Source: Dehalococcoidia bacterium
Lineage (GTDB): Bacteria > Chloroflexota > Dehalococcoidia > Dehalococcoidales > RBG-16-60-22
Length of the DNA: 64,000 nucleotides
Assembly (NCBI GenBank): GCA_041300405.1
Contig: JBGLNK010000001.1
Span: 130,269 to 194,268, forward strand
Direction: 5' to 3'
Position numbers and translations under genes: made by a program. The notes under the pieces are model-generated. The model had not been told where the DNA came from. It saw only the letters and a list, made by a program, of their open reading frames with translations, and did no database searches. Positions 47,682 through 56,278 of the stretch are shown in pieces (the first letter of the stretch is position 1; every line of letters begins with the position of its first letter).

Positions 47682-49637
47682 TTATAGCTCACAATGTTTG
47701 CGGTAGTTTTCTTCATAGGTCGGGGCATTAGGCGAAAGCAGCCAGTAATTCAGAGGTAATTCGCCGATTTTAATACCGCCGTTGTCTTTACGGATGGTCA
47801 TATATTTTTTATATTCCGGCGGGTCCATCCGGGGATAATCCAGGCGCTTTAAGTCCAGCGGGCGGCTGCTGGCCTTATGAGCCAATGTCGCTTTTATAAT
47901 AATTTCGTTCAAGGTCACCTGTGCCATGGCTTCCAGTGTGCGTCCCAGTTCATGAGGGTTCCGGGCATAGGCCGAGGCTATTTCGCTGTCTCTCATACTC
48001 TGCAGCCATTCCAGGCCTCTCAGAAGGACTTCTTCATTTTTACATTCACCGCAATAGTCCTGCATGATGCGGACGAGACCCATTTTTAGTTCTTTCCAGC
48101 CTATGCCTTCCTTGCGGTTGACCGGCGCATACACACGTTTTTTCTCGGCCTCTATCTGTTTTCTATCTACAACAGGTTCTTTAGCTGTGGAAGCGTACTT
48201 GGCGGCTTTCCTGGCCGCGTAACGCCCGGTTGTGGCTGAGCCTGAATGATTAGCCCCGCACATTAACGTGGAACCGGCGGCATATAGACCCGGCAGGTTG
48301 GTTTTAAGTTCCCAGTCAAAGATAGGCCCTCCGCCGGATAGACCGCGGAAATGACGCGATCCGTAACCCTTCCACCAGGCGCCCCAGGTATAAAGGTCAG
48401 GCGGTTGAACGGTAGCCTGCAGCATGTCTTTATCCGGGTCGAACCCCCAGTTCTGTAAAGTCCAGTAAACAGGAATACGGGTTTTACCTTCATTACCGAC
48501 CATCAAACCCCATATAGCCCGGCGTTCATGTGCCGGCATTCCGGGCAGGTCGGCGTAAAGAGGCAGCGTGAATTCGCCCTTGGCGATACGCTCAGGAAGG
48601 TCAGGAGCCAGGCGCGGCCCGTCGTATACAAAAGCCCGCTGACCGGGGGCGCAGTGATTACGTTCTTCCACAGTCTTCAGTTCTTTACCGTCTTTATCAA
48701 CCCAGGGGATTTCCTTGCCGTTGGCATCTACAAGGGTGCAGGCAAACCATGTGTTATGAGAACAGCCGGTAGAATACATCAAATAGCTGAAACCGCCGCT
48801 TTGCATCCGGGTGCCGCTGCCTTCCATCATACCCAGTTCTACACCGGCGTCCCACATGGCGGAAAAGCTTTCTGCCGTCAGATTAGGTTCCTGGAAAGCG
48901 GCGCCGCCTTTTTGCTCGGAAGAGAACATCCAGATACCGTTTGGCTTGGAAGAAGAAATAATAGTAGCCTTGGCTTTAAAGATATAGAATTCGCCGGTGC
49001 GGACGTTCACCCCCATCGCGCCGATAACGCGGTTGCCCGGCTTACCGCCTTCGGTAAGAAGATTGGTCACGATAATGCGGTCGTAGATTTTCACTCCCAG
49101 GCGCTTCATTTCTTTGAAAAGCGCCGGTTTTACATTACCGGCCATAACGCGGATGGTAAAGTTATTATCGTAGTCATAAGCGAACATCAGCTTGGTTTTT
49201 TCGTCTCTGAAGCTGGCGCCGACGAAATGATCGTCGACATCCCGTACCTTGATACCCATTTTCTCGATGTCGAGCATGGCATCATAGCTTTCACTGGCGG
49301 AAATGTAGGCGGCGATACCATTACCGAACTCGCCATAGCCCATTTCCCCAAAGGATGTTTTCAGCGCTTCCATCATTTCTGTCGGAGTGATGTTCGAGCA
49401 AGGGTTCGTGCAGGCGAGATGCCAGTGGTCAACGCCGTCCCCGCCTGCGCCGCTACGTATTACCGACGCTTTTTCCACGACGGCTACTTTGGCCCCTCTT
49501 TTTACAGCGCTGATAGCAGCATGGCAACCGGCAATTCCCCCGCCGATGATTAGCACATCGGTAGACACTTCATTCTCTTTGCCGTAATTAACGGGGTAAG
49601 GCCATTTTTTTAACTGCGCGTATTCTGTTTCGTTCAT
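47682..49637 (-). CDS. AprA-like FAD flavoprotein, paralog 1
   Basis: 'WPYPVNYGKENEVSTDVLIIGGGIAGCHAAISAVKRG', 'VEKASVIRSGAGG', 'FYIFKAKATIISSS'. AGGAGG RBS. Confidence 0.7.
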   Translation of the reverse strand: MNETEYAQLKKWPYPVNYGKENEVSTDVLIIGGGIAGCHAAISAVKRGAKVAVVEKASVIRSGAGGDGVDHWHLACTNPCSNITPTEMMEALKTSFGEMGYGEFGNGIAAYISASESYDAMLDIEKMGIKVRDVDDHFVGASFRDEKTKLMFAYDYDNNFTIRVMAGNVKPALFKEMKRLGVKIYDRIIVTNLLTEGGKPGNRVIGAMGVNVRTGEFYIFKAKATIISSSKPNGIWMFSSEQKGGAAFQEPNLTAESFSAMWDAGVELGMMEGSGTRMQSGGFSYLMYSTGCSHNTWFACTLVDANGKEIPWVDKDGKELKTVEERNHCAPGQRAFVYDGPRLAPDLPERIAKGEFTLPLYADLPGMPAHERRAIWGLMVGNEGKTRIPVYWTLQNWGFDPDKDMLQATVQPPDLYTWGAWWKGYGSRHFRGLSGGGPIFDWELKTNLPGLYAAGSTLMCGANHSGSATTGRYAARKAAKYASTAKEPVVDRKQIEAEKKRVYAPVNRKEGIGWKELKMGLVRIMQDYCGECKNEEVLLRGLEWLQSMRDSEIASAYARNPHELGRTLEAMAQVTLNEIIIKATLAHKASSRPLDLKRLDYPRMDPPEYKKYMTIRKDNGGIKIGELPLNYWLLSPNAPTYEENYRKHCEL

Positions 49638-49829
49638 CTGGCAACTCCTCCTGATATATTTACTATCTTTAAAAACATCGGTACCGCCAAACAGTCCTAA
49701 ATTCTAGCACTAACACTGTCAGGAATTCAATAAGATTTTCATAATATGAATTGGTATTTCACAATAAATATAATGATATAATGCGAAATACTAATAAAAT
49801 GTGAACTTGATTAATTACTTGACAACATA

Positions 49830-49838
49830 TGTTATAAT
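49830..49838 (+). promoter_or_regulatory. candidate extended -10 promoter (TGTTATAAT) in the 592-nt divergent intergenic region
   Basis: TGTTATAAT at 49830-49838. About 390 nt upstream of the SBP start. Confidence 0.3.
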
Positions 49839-50229
49839 GTTACAAATGAAAATTGGCGGTTCCCTAAAATACTCAAAACCAGTTATCGGATTTCCATTGA
49901 TTTGAAAAAATATTTGATTTTTTCAATTTCCGTGGTGTTACCGGAGGAACAAGCCAATTTAGAATTGAACTGTATGCCCCATCATAAGAACATATTACTA
50001 TTATATCAATATAAATACCCCGTTCAGGGTATTTAATTTTACTAATATTTATGACATACTCTTGATAATTGAGAAAGTCCGGCTTTTTTTAGCTAAAAGA
50101 ACCTGTTTTTACGAATCATTTTAATATAAAAAATAAGAATTTTCTCTAGACAAGGGGGGCAGATTATGACGGGATGAGCTTACTTTTGAAGCTGGGGAAA
50201 TAATTTATAGAAAGAGGTAAAAGGAATTT

Positions 50230-51885
50230 ATGAAGAAATTACTCTATGCTTTATTAGGCATTATCCTTATTGGTACATTAATTTTAACCGGCTGCGGTGA
50301 ACAAGCAGTTACAACGACTGCCCCCGCTGCAACTACAACAGTAAAGACTACCACTCCCGCTGGAACTACCGGCCCTGCAGCAACCAAAACTACTGCTGTT
50401 GTACCTACTACTGCCGCCCCGGGCACACCCAAAGTTGGCGGTACCATTGTACAACTTCACAACCAGGGACCCAAGGTACTGGGTTATCCGCCGGAAATGT
50501 CCTCTAACGACTATTACTCATGCAACTATTTCAATGAAACACTTTTTGTCATGAGCAACACCGGCGCTTATGAAGGCGTGCTGTGTGAATCATGGAAACT
50601 CGATAAGAATGCCAGTACCCTCACCTACAATTTACGTAAAGGCGTGAAATTCCATGACGGTACAGTAATGGATGCCGCGGCAGTAAAATGGAACATCGAA
50701 CAGATGATAGCCGCAAAAGTAGCCTATTATCCTTACATAACATCTATGGACATTGTGGATGCCAACACTCTCCGGTTGAATCTGAGCTACATCGACCTGA
50801 ACACAGTTACCAACTATTCTTCTATGTACGTTGTCTCCCCAACGGCTTTTAAAAACGCCGGGGCTGATGATGAAGCCAGAAAATCCTGGTCCCGGTTAAA
50901 CCCGGTAGGAACAGGTCCTTATAAGCTCGTCGAGTTTAAACGAGATGCCTATCTGAAAATGACGAGAAATAATGATTACTGGCGCGCAGGCAAACCTTAT
51001 ATCCAGAATATTGAATACAAGATTATTCCTGATGTCTCGGTCTGCTCGGCTTTAATGCAGTCCGGAGACGGAGATGTCTGGACAAGTAATCTGATTAACG
51101 TCCCTACTGCCATAACACTCGAGAAAAAAGGCTTCCAGGTTACCTATGGTGCTATTTCCATGACGCCTTGTCTTTTCTTTAACTCTGATGATCCAACTAA
51201 ACCATGGGCTGACCAGAAAATTCGTGCGGCGGTAGAGTATGCTATCAACCGCCCGCAGTTAGCGGCATTAATCGGATCAGGAAAATATACCCCTCTGACA
51301 CAGATGAGCCAGCCGGGTTCTTACTCCTGGAATGATGATTATGACCCGCGTCCGTTTAATGTTCAAAAAGCAAAAGACCTGTTGAAAGAAGCCGGTTATC
51401 CCAACGGTTATAAGACTAAGATTATGACCATAGCGCGTGATAAGGATATCGCTGCCGCCATCCAGGGATATCTTAAAGAGGTTGGCATTGATGCCACGCT
51501 GGATGTAGCCGACCCCGGCCGCTATTACACTATCTGGCCTCAGGGCTGGGATGAGCTTCTGGTTGCTATGATGCCTACATCACGCAACAGCTCTGAAATA
51601 GTGTTCCAATATGGCCCCCAGCCGATAAACTTCAAGAAAAGCATCAAAAAATCGCCGGAATTTATTGCGATGGCTAATGAAGCTTTAAAGGCTTCCTCTT
51701 ATGAAGATATCAAAGACTTGATGAAAAAGATGGTCAGGCAGTTCAGTGATGAATGCATGGTAGTGCCTCTTTTTGCATCCCCCTACATATTAATCTCCCG
51801 GAATGACTTCCATACCGCATATTTAGGGCCGGTGGATGGCACGCTGTGGAGACACTACGATGATTGGACGGATGATCTCAACTAA
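50230..51885 (+). CDS. ABC transporter substrate-binding lipoprotein, family 5, with Thr-rich linker (paralog of 41341)
   Basis: Lipobox 'LTGC', a T/P/A linker, 'LTYNLRKGVKFHDGTVMDAAAV'. Confidence 0.9.
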   Translation: MKKLLYALLGIILIGTLILTGCGEQAVTTTAPAATTTVKTTTPAGTTGPAATKTTAVVPTTAAPGTPKVGGTIVQLHNQGPKVLGYPPEMSSNDYYSCNYFNETLFVMSNTGAYEGVLCESWKLDKNASTLTYNLRKGVKFHDGTVMDAAAVKWNIEQMIAAKVAYYPYITSMDIVDANTLRLNLSYIDLNTVTNYSSMYVVSPTAFKNAGADDEARKSWSRLNPVGTGPYKLVEFKRDAYLKMTRNNDYWRAGKPYIQNIEYKIIPDVSVCSALMQSGDGDVWTSNLINVPTAITLEKKGFQVTYGAISMTPCLFFNSDDPTKPWADQKIRAAVEYAINRPQLAALIGSGKYTPLTQMSQPGSYSWNDDYDPRPFNVQKAKDLLKEAGYPNGYKTKIMTIARDKDIAAAIQGYLKEVGIDATLDVADPGRYYTIWPQGWDELLVAMMPTSRNSSEIVFQYGPQPINFKKSIKKSPEFIAMANEALKASSYEDIKDLMKKMVRQFSDECMVVPLFASPYILISRNDFHTAYLGPVDGTLWRHYDDWTDDLN

Positions 51886-52061
51886 CACAGAATAGATTTC
51901 AGGGTGGCGTGTTAACGGAAAATAACCGGAGATACGCCACCCTGCCGGTTACCAGGAATCTTTTTTTAATATGTAATTTGTACCATTGTGATATCAACAG
52001 AGTTGTGTAAGTGGATTATTTGCTCCGATATCGCAGATTCTGATATTATCCGAGGTTTTAT

Positions 52062-53012
52062 ATGACAGCGTTTATCATCAGACGTTTACTAATGGCTTTT
52101 CTTGTTCTGCTAATGGTATCATTGCTGGTCTTTTTCGCGATGCGACTAATGCCCAGTGATCCAATTACGATGTATGTTATCGGCACCGGCAATCTGGATC
52201 AGGAATATGTTGATCATTTACGCATTCAATACGGCCTGGATAAACCTTTAATTGTACAATATTTAAAATGGATTTCCGGTGTTGCTACAGGAGATTTCGG
52301 TCAATCACTGTATTACAAGGAAAAGGTCGGTACACTATTAGGCGAGACTTTACCGATTACACTGACACTGGGTGTACTATCTATGGCCGTTAGTATCACG
52401 ATAGGGACTACTATTGGGATGCTGGCGGCTATCAGGCGCGGTAGATGGCTGGATAATATCGTTTCCCCTTTAAGTGTCGTCTTGATATGTTTGCCAAGTT
52501 TCCTGTTAGGTATTTTTTTGATATTTATTTTTGGTTTAAAGATGAATTTATTGCCTTTCTCCGGATATGTTTTGCCGTGGGATGACTTTGGCATGAGCAT
52601 CAAGACATCAATTATGCCGGTTATCTGTACGGCTGCGTTAGGTTTGGCTATGAATGCCCGCCAGATGCGTTCCAGCATGCTGGAAATTATTCGCCAGGAT
52701 TACATCCGCACCGCCTGGTCTAAAGGCCTGACAGAACGCGTTGTAATACTGAAGCACGCGATGAAAAACAGTCTTATCCCTGTGGTTACCTTGATTGGCA
52801 TGGGTGTCGGCATGGTTTTTGCCGGTTCGGTCATTACCGAGACTATTTTTTCCATTCCCGGCATTGGGAGACTATTTGTAAGCAGTATCCAGGGGCAGGA
52901 CTATGTAGTAGTTCAGGACCTGGCACTTATCTTTGGTTCGTTTATTCTTATCGTCAACCTGATCGTTGATATATCGTACAGTTGGATTGACCCCAGAATT
53001 CGTTACAGCTAG
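52062..53012 (+). CDS. ABC transporter permease (DppB/OppB-like)
   Basis: 'FIIRRLLMAFLVLLMVSLLVFFAMRLMPSDP', 'DYIRTAWSKGLTERVV'. Confidence 0.9.
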   Translation: MTAFIIRRLLMAFLVLLMVSLLVFFAMRLMPSDPITMYVIGTGNLDQEYVDHLRIQYGLDKPLIVQYLKWISGVATGDFGQSLYYKEKVGTLLGETLPITLTLGVLSMAVSITIGTTIGMLAAIRRGRWLDNIVSPLSVVLICLPSFLLGIFLIFIFGLKMNLLPFSGYVLPWDDFGMSIKTSIMPVICTAALGLAMNARQMRSSMLEIIRQDYIRTAWSKGLTERVVILKHAMKNSLIPVVTLIGMGVGMVFAGSVITETIFSIPGIGRLFVSSIQGQDYVVVQDLALIFGSFILIVNLIVDISYSWIDPRIRYS

Positions 53013-53025
53013 GAGATTATAGAAA

Positions 53026-53922
53026 ATGGCCGTCATTACAGGTAATGTCTCAATGATACCTGAAAAAGCGCCGCGGGTCAGCGAGTTGCGCCGTTTTATC
53101 AGGATATTTTTTAAACGCTGGGTCGTTATTGTTGGCCTGATTATTTTGTTTATGGTATTATTTACAGCTATTTTTGCCCCACTGCTTGCTCCTTATGGTC
53201 CATATGAAATAGCTGCCGGCATGTCATTAGAACTTCCCAGCGACCAGCACTGGTTGGGAACGGACCTTCTCGGCAGGGATTCTTTAAGCCGGCTTATTTA
53301 CGGTTCAAGAATAGCCCTGGCTGTAGGGTTCATAACCGTTGCTATTGCCTCCGTAATCGGTATTTCTCTGGGGATGCTGGCAGGTTATGCCGGAGGAACT
53401 GCTTACATGATCATCATGAGAGCTGTGGATACTCTAATGTGCTTTCCGGGGTTCATTTTATTGATGTTCCTGGCATCTATACTTGGTAATGGGCTCCGGA
53501 ATGTTATTATCGCTTTAAGTATCGGCACAATTGCCGGATATGTCAGAGTGATGTGCGGCCTAACTCTCAGCCTGAAACAAAATGATTATATTATGGCGGA
53601 AAAATCCATCGGCGCTGGCAACTTGCGCACCATGCTTATACATATACTGCCAAACGCATTTCCGCCTCTTATCGTGTTAATGACGATGCAGCTGGGTACT
53701 TTAATACTAGCCGAAGCCGGTCTTGGTTTTCTGGGCATGGGTATTGTCCCGCCTGAAGCTGCCTGGGGCTCGATGGTCAATGAAAGTTATGTATATCTTC
53801 AGAGTAATCCATGGCTTTGTTTTGCGCCGGGTATTGCAATCTTCCTGGTGGTGTTTTCATTTAATATGGTAGGAGACGGCTTGCGTGATGCCCTCGACCC
53901 GAGGTTAAGGGGATTGCTTTAA
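53026..53922 (+). CDS. ABC transporter permease (DppC/OppC-like)
   Basis: 'FAPLLAPYGPYE', 'DYIMAEKSIGAGNLRTM'. Confidence 0.9.
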   Translation: MAVITGNVSMIPEKAPRVSELRRFIRIFFKRWVVIVGLIILFMVLFTAIFAPLLAPYGPYEIAAGMSLELPSDQHWLGTDLLGRDSLSRLIYGSRIALAVGFITVAIASVIGISLGMLAGYAGGTAYMIIMRAVDTLMCFPGFILLMFLASILGNGLRNVIIALSIGTIAGYVRVMCGLTLSLKQNDYIMAEKSIGAGNLRTMLIHILPNAFPPLIVLMTMQLGTLILAEAGLGFLGMGIVPPEAAWGSMVNESYVYLQSNPWLCFAPGIAIFLVVFSFNMVGDGLRDALDPRLRGLL

Positions 53923-53949
53923 ACTGCAAATAACGAGACAAAATATTAA

Positions 53950-53978
53950 GGCGTCCGGTGGATATTCCACCGGACGCC
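53950..53978. terminator. bidirectional terminator between the permease gene and tRNA-Gly
   Basis: GGCGTCCGGTGG-atatt-CCACCGGACGCC, a 12-bp perfect stem, then TTGTTGT. Confidence 0.65.
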
Positions 53979-53996
53979 TTGTTGTCTCAGGAGAAA

Positions 53997-54069
53997 AGCG
54001 GGAGACGGGACTCGAACCCGCGACAGCCTGCTTGGAGGGCAGGAACTCTACCAACTGAGTTACTCCCGC
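53997..54069 (-). tRNA. tRNA-Gly(UCC); anticodon loop reads CCUCCAA (C at position 33)
   Basis: Manual cloverleaf: GCGGGAG/CTCCCGC acceptor, ACTC/GAGT D-stem, CCTGC/GCAGG anticodon stem, GCGGG/CCCGT T-stem, TTCGAGT T-loop, U73 discriminator. No encoded CCA. Confidence 0.9.
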
Positions 54070-54104
54070 ATAAACCGATTTAATTTTATCGTTAATCGGC
54101 TCCA

Positions 54105-55124
54105 TTGTCAAAAGTTAGTATCGTGAACAAATTTGATGATATGCCCTTGCCTGTAATAGCTTATGGAGGTTATAATGGGAGAACTAAAACTGAAAGCGCT
54201 ATCAAAATGATAAAATATCCCATGAATGTGAATAATATGAAGATAATGGCGGGTATGCCGGCTTATAATGAGAGCAAATATATAGGCAGTTTGGTGCTTA
54301 GTACCAGGCAATATGTAAATGAAGTCGTCGTTGTTGATGACGGCAGCGCTGACGAAACTGCAAAAATAGCTCAATTTGCGGGAGCCGATGTAATCAGGCA
54401 TCCGCAAAATAAGGGGTACGGAGCTGCAATTCTCAGCATATTCAATGAAGCAAGAAAAAGAGACCCGGATGTACTTATCATACTGGATGCTGACGCACAG
54501 CATAATCCGCAGGAAATCCCCAATATCATCAAACCGGTACTAGAAGGCTATGACGTCGTTATCGGTACCAGAGAGAAACAGGCAGAGAAAATACCTTTTT
54601 ACCGCCGTATTGGACAGAAGGTAATAGCCGGCTCGGTAAATGTACTTTCTGATAAGCACTTATCTGATTCCGAGTGCGGTTTCAGGGCATTTTCACGTAA
54701 AGCTATAGCCGAGCTTAATTTAAAGGAAAGCGGTATGGCTATATCCGCCGAGACTGTAGCCGAGGCTGCCCGGCAAAATTTAAAAATCATCCAGGTTCCT
54801 GTGTCTGTCATTTACGGTAAAGACGGGTCGACATTAAACCCGGTGTCCCACGGGTTGGGTGTTATGACACGTATACTGGTTATGATTTCTGAACAAAGAC
54901 CTTTGTTATTCTTCGGTTTGGCTGGAATAATCCTGATGTTGTTAGGACTGGCGGCCGGATTTTTTACGCTCACCCTCTACACTCAGAGTAATGTGATATC
55001 CGTCGCCTGGGCGCTTATCGCTATTTTCCTGGTAATCCTGGGGGCAATGAGTTTTTTCAATGGAATAACTCTACATGCCATGAATAATGTAATTCACCAG
55101 GCTTTAACAAAATATAAACGATGA
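54105..55124 (+). CDS. GT2 polyprenyl-phosphate glycosyltransferase (Dpm1/GtrB-like) with C-terminal TM helices; start uncertain (ATG at 54207 or 54237 likely)
   Basis: 'MPAYNESKYIG', 'VVVVDDGSADET', 'ILDADAQH' (DxD). Two C-terminal hydrophobic helices. Confidence 0.85.
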   Translation: MSKVSIVNKFDDMPLPVIAYGGYNGRTKTESAIKMIKYPMNVNNMKIMAGMPAYNESKYIGSLVLSTRQYVNEVVVVDDGSADETAKIAQFAGADVIRHPQNKGYGAAILSIFNEARKRDPDVLIILDADAQHNPQEIPNIIKPVLEGYDVVIGTREKQAEKIPFYRRIGQKVIAGSVNVLSDKHLSDSECGFRAFSRKAIAELNLKESGMAISAETVAEAARQNLKIIQVPVSVIYGKDGSTLNPVSHGLGVMTRILVMISEQRPLLFFGLAGIILMLLGLAAGFFTLTLYTQSNVISVAWALIAIFLVILGAMSFFNGITLHAMNNVIHQALTKYKR

Positions 55125-55155
55125 TTCATCTCACAATGAAAAGATACTTGCATAC

Positions 55156-55521
55156 ATGTTAAAAATTGCTCTTATAAACCCGCCGCAATTTACGCAATAT
55201 CCACAGCCGCCGCTTGGATTGGCCTTAATTGCCGCCATCCTGGAAAAAGCCGGTTATCCGGTGACGCTGTTGGATGCTAACGCCCTGGGACTGAAACCGG
55301 AAGATGTTCCAGGACATGTAGCTGATGCAGATGTTATAGGAATCACCGCCATGACCCCGACTATTAGCACGGCTTTACTCATTGCCGGATTTATCAAGCA
55401 GGCTAAACCCGATGTTAAGATTATAATGGGCGGCGCTCATGCTACCATGCTTCCGGAAGAGACGATGGTTTCAGGTCCGGCAATCGATATTATCGTTAAA
55501 GGTGAAGGCGATGAGACTATC
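55156..55521 (+). pseudogene. N-terminal B12-binding-domain stub of a class B radical SAM enzyme (no radical SAM core follows)
   Basis: 'MLKIALINPP...PLGLALIAAILEKAGYPVTLLD...VIGITAMTPT...IIMGGAHATMLPEE...IVKGEGDETI'. The sequence then becomes unrelated, and no CxxxCxxC motif follows. Confidence 0.7.
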
Positions 55522-55659
55522 ACCGCAGTAATTACACTTGGTCTGGTCCAGCACCGGTCTTTCCGTGCGCCAGCCGCCGGTATCCAGGCAAAGCATCTGC
55601 TTATCAGCATCTGACCAGGCTGATTCGGTTGTAAAAATATTCTTGTGTTTAATTACCAT
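55522..55659 (-). pseudogene. N-terminal stub of a 2-oxoacid:ferredoxin oxidoreductase delta subunit (PorD-like)
   Basis: 'DTGGWRTERPVLDQTKCNYCG' matches the PorD 'TGSWR..P....KC..CG.C...CP' lead-in and breaks after CNYCG. The start overlaps the porG-like stop. Confidence 0.65.
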
Positions 55660-56201
55660 TTCATTACCTCCACTTCCTTATATCCTCTTTCAGCGCTCTT
55701 AAGGTTCCGCTGGAGCATATCGCCGCTGAGATATTCTCCCAGGCAGGCCAGCACCGATTCCAGTTTGAGCCAGCCGGTGGCAGCCGCGAAAGCGCCGAGA
55801 AGACATGTATTGGGAATGTCCCGGCCGATTTCCTCGACGGCAATCTGGGTGGCATTAACCACGCCGCCGATTTTAAGATTCTCATTTGGTTTGCTTGTCA
55901 GCGACTTTTTGCTGTTGATGATGAGAGCGCCGCCCGGCTTGAGACCGGTAAATAGCGTAGGCAGCGTTATCAGGCCCGGATCTATCACTACCAGACAATC
56001 AGGGTTATAGATCTGTGTCTTCTCCATGATGGGCTTATCATCAACACGGGCGAATGCCACAACAGGCGCGCCGCGCCTTTCAAAGCCGTACATAGGAAAG
56101 CTGGCAACGGACTTGCCTTCCGCAAGGAAAGCGCTGGCCATCATCCTGGCCACCATGACCGCCCCCTGTCCTCCCCTTCCATGAATTCTAATCTCTTTCA
56201 C
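55653..56201 (-). CDS. 2-oxoacid:ferredoxin oxidoreductase gamma subunit (PorG/KorC-like)
   Basis: 'IRIHGRGGQGAVMVARMMASAFLAEGKSVASFPMYGFERRGAPV'. Confidence 0.85.
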   Translation of the reverse strand: MKEIRIHGRGGQGAVMVARMMASAFLAEGKSVASFPMYGFERRGAPVVAFARVDDKPIMEKTQIYNPDCLVVIDPGLITLPTLFTGLKPGGALIINSKKSLTSKPNENLKIGGVVNATQIAVEEIGRDIPNTCLLGAFAAATGWLKLESVLACLGEYLSGDMLQRNLKSAERGYKEVEVMKW

Positions 56202-56278
56202 AGTTACATAATCCCCTCTTCATTCGTATTCAGCGTCAGCCGCTTCCGGCCGCGCCGTGAGACCTGGATTGCTTGTTT

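Noticed and set aside
48528-49553. 341-aa plus-strand ORF inside the AprA-like paralog 1 gene
   Set aside because: It is entirely antisense to a gene with clear family motifs. It is Arg/Gly/Ala-rich, has no RBS and has no recognisable domain, so it is a typical shadow ORF of GC-rich coding DNA. The same reasoning applies to 280-744, 856-1338, 2925-3518, 7721-8335, 15022-15633, 57579-57995 and 62954-63571.
53905-54111. 68-aa minus-strand ORF
   Set aside because: It spans the tRNA-Gly gene and the terminator hairpin, so it is not coding.
54163-54210. GGAGG followed by an ATG at 54175 upstream of the GT2 catalytic region
   Set aside because: The ATG is out of frame with the GT2 ORF and opens only a 12-codon frame. 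It is not the GT2 start.
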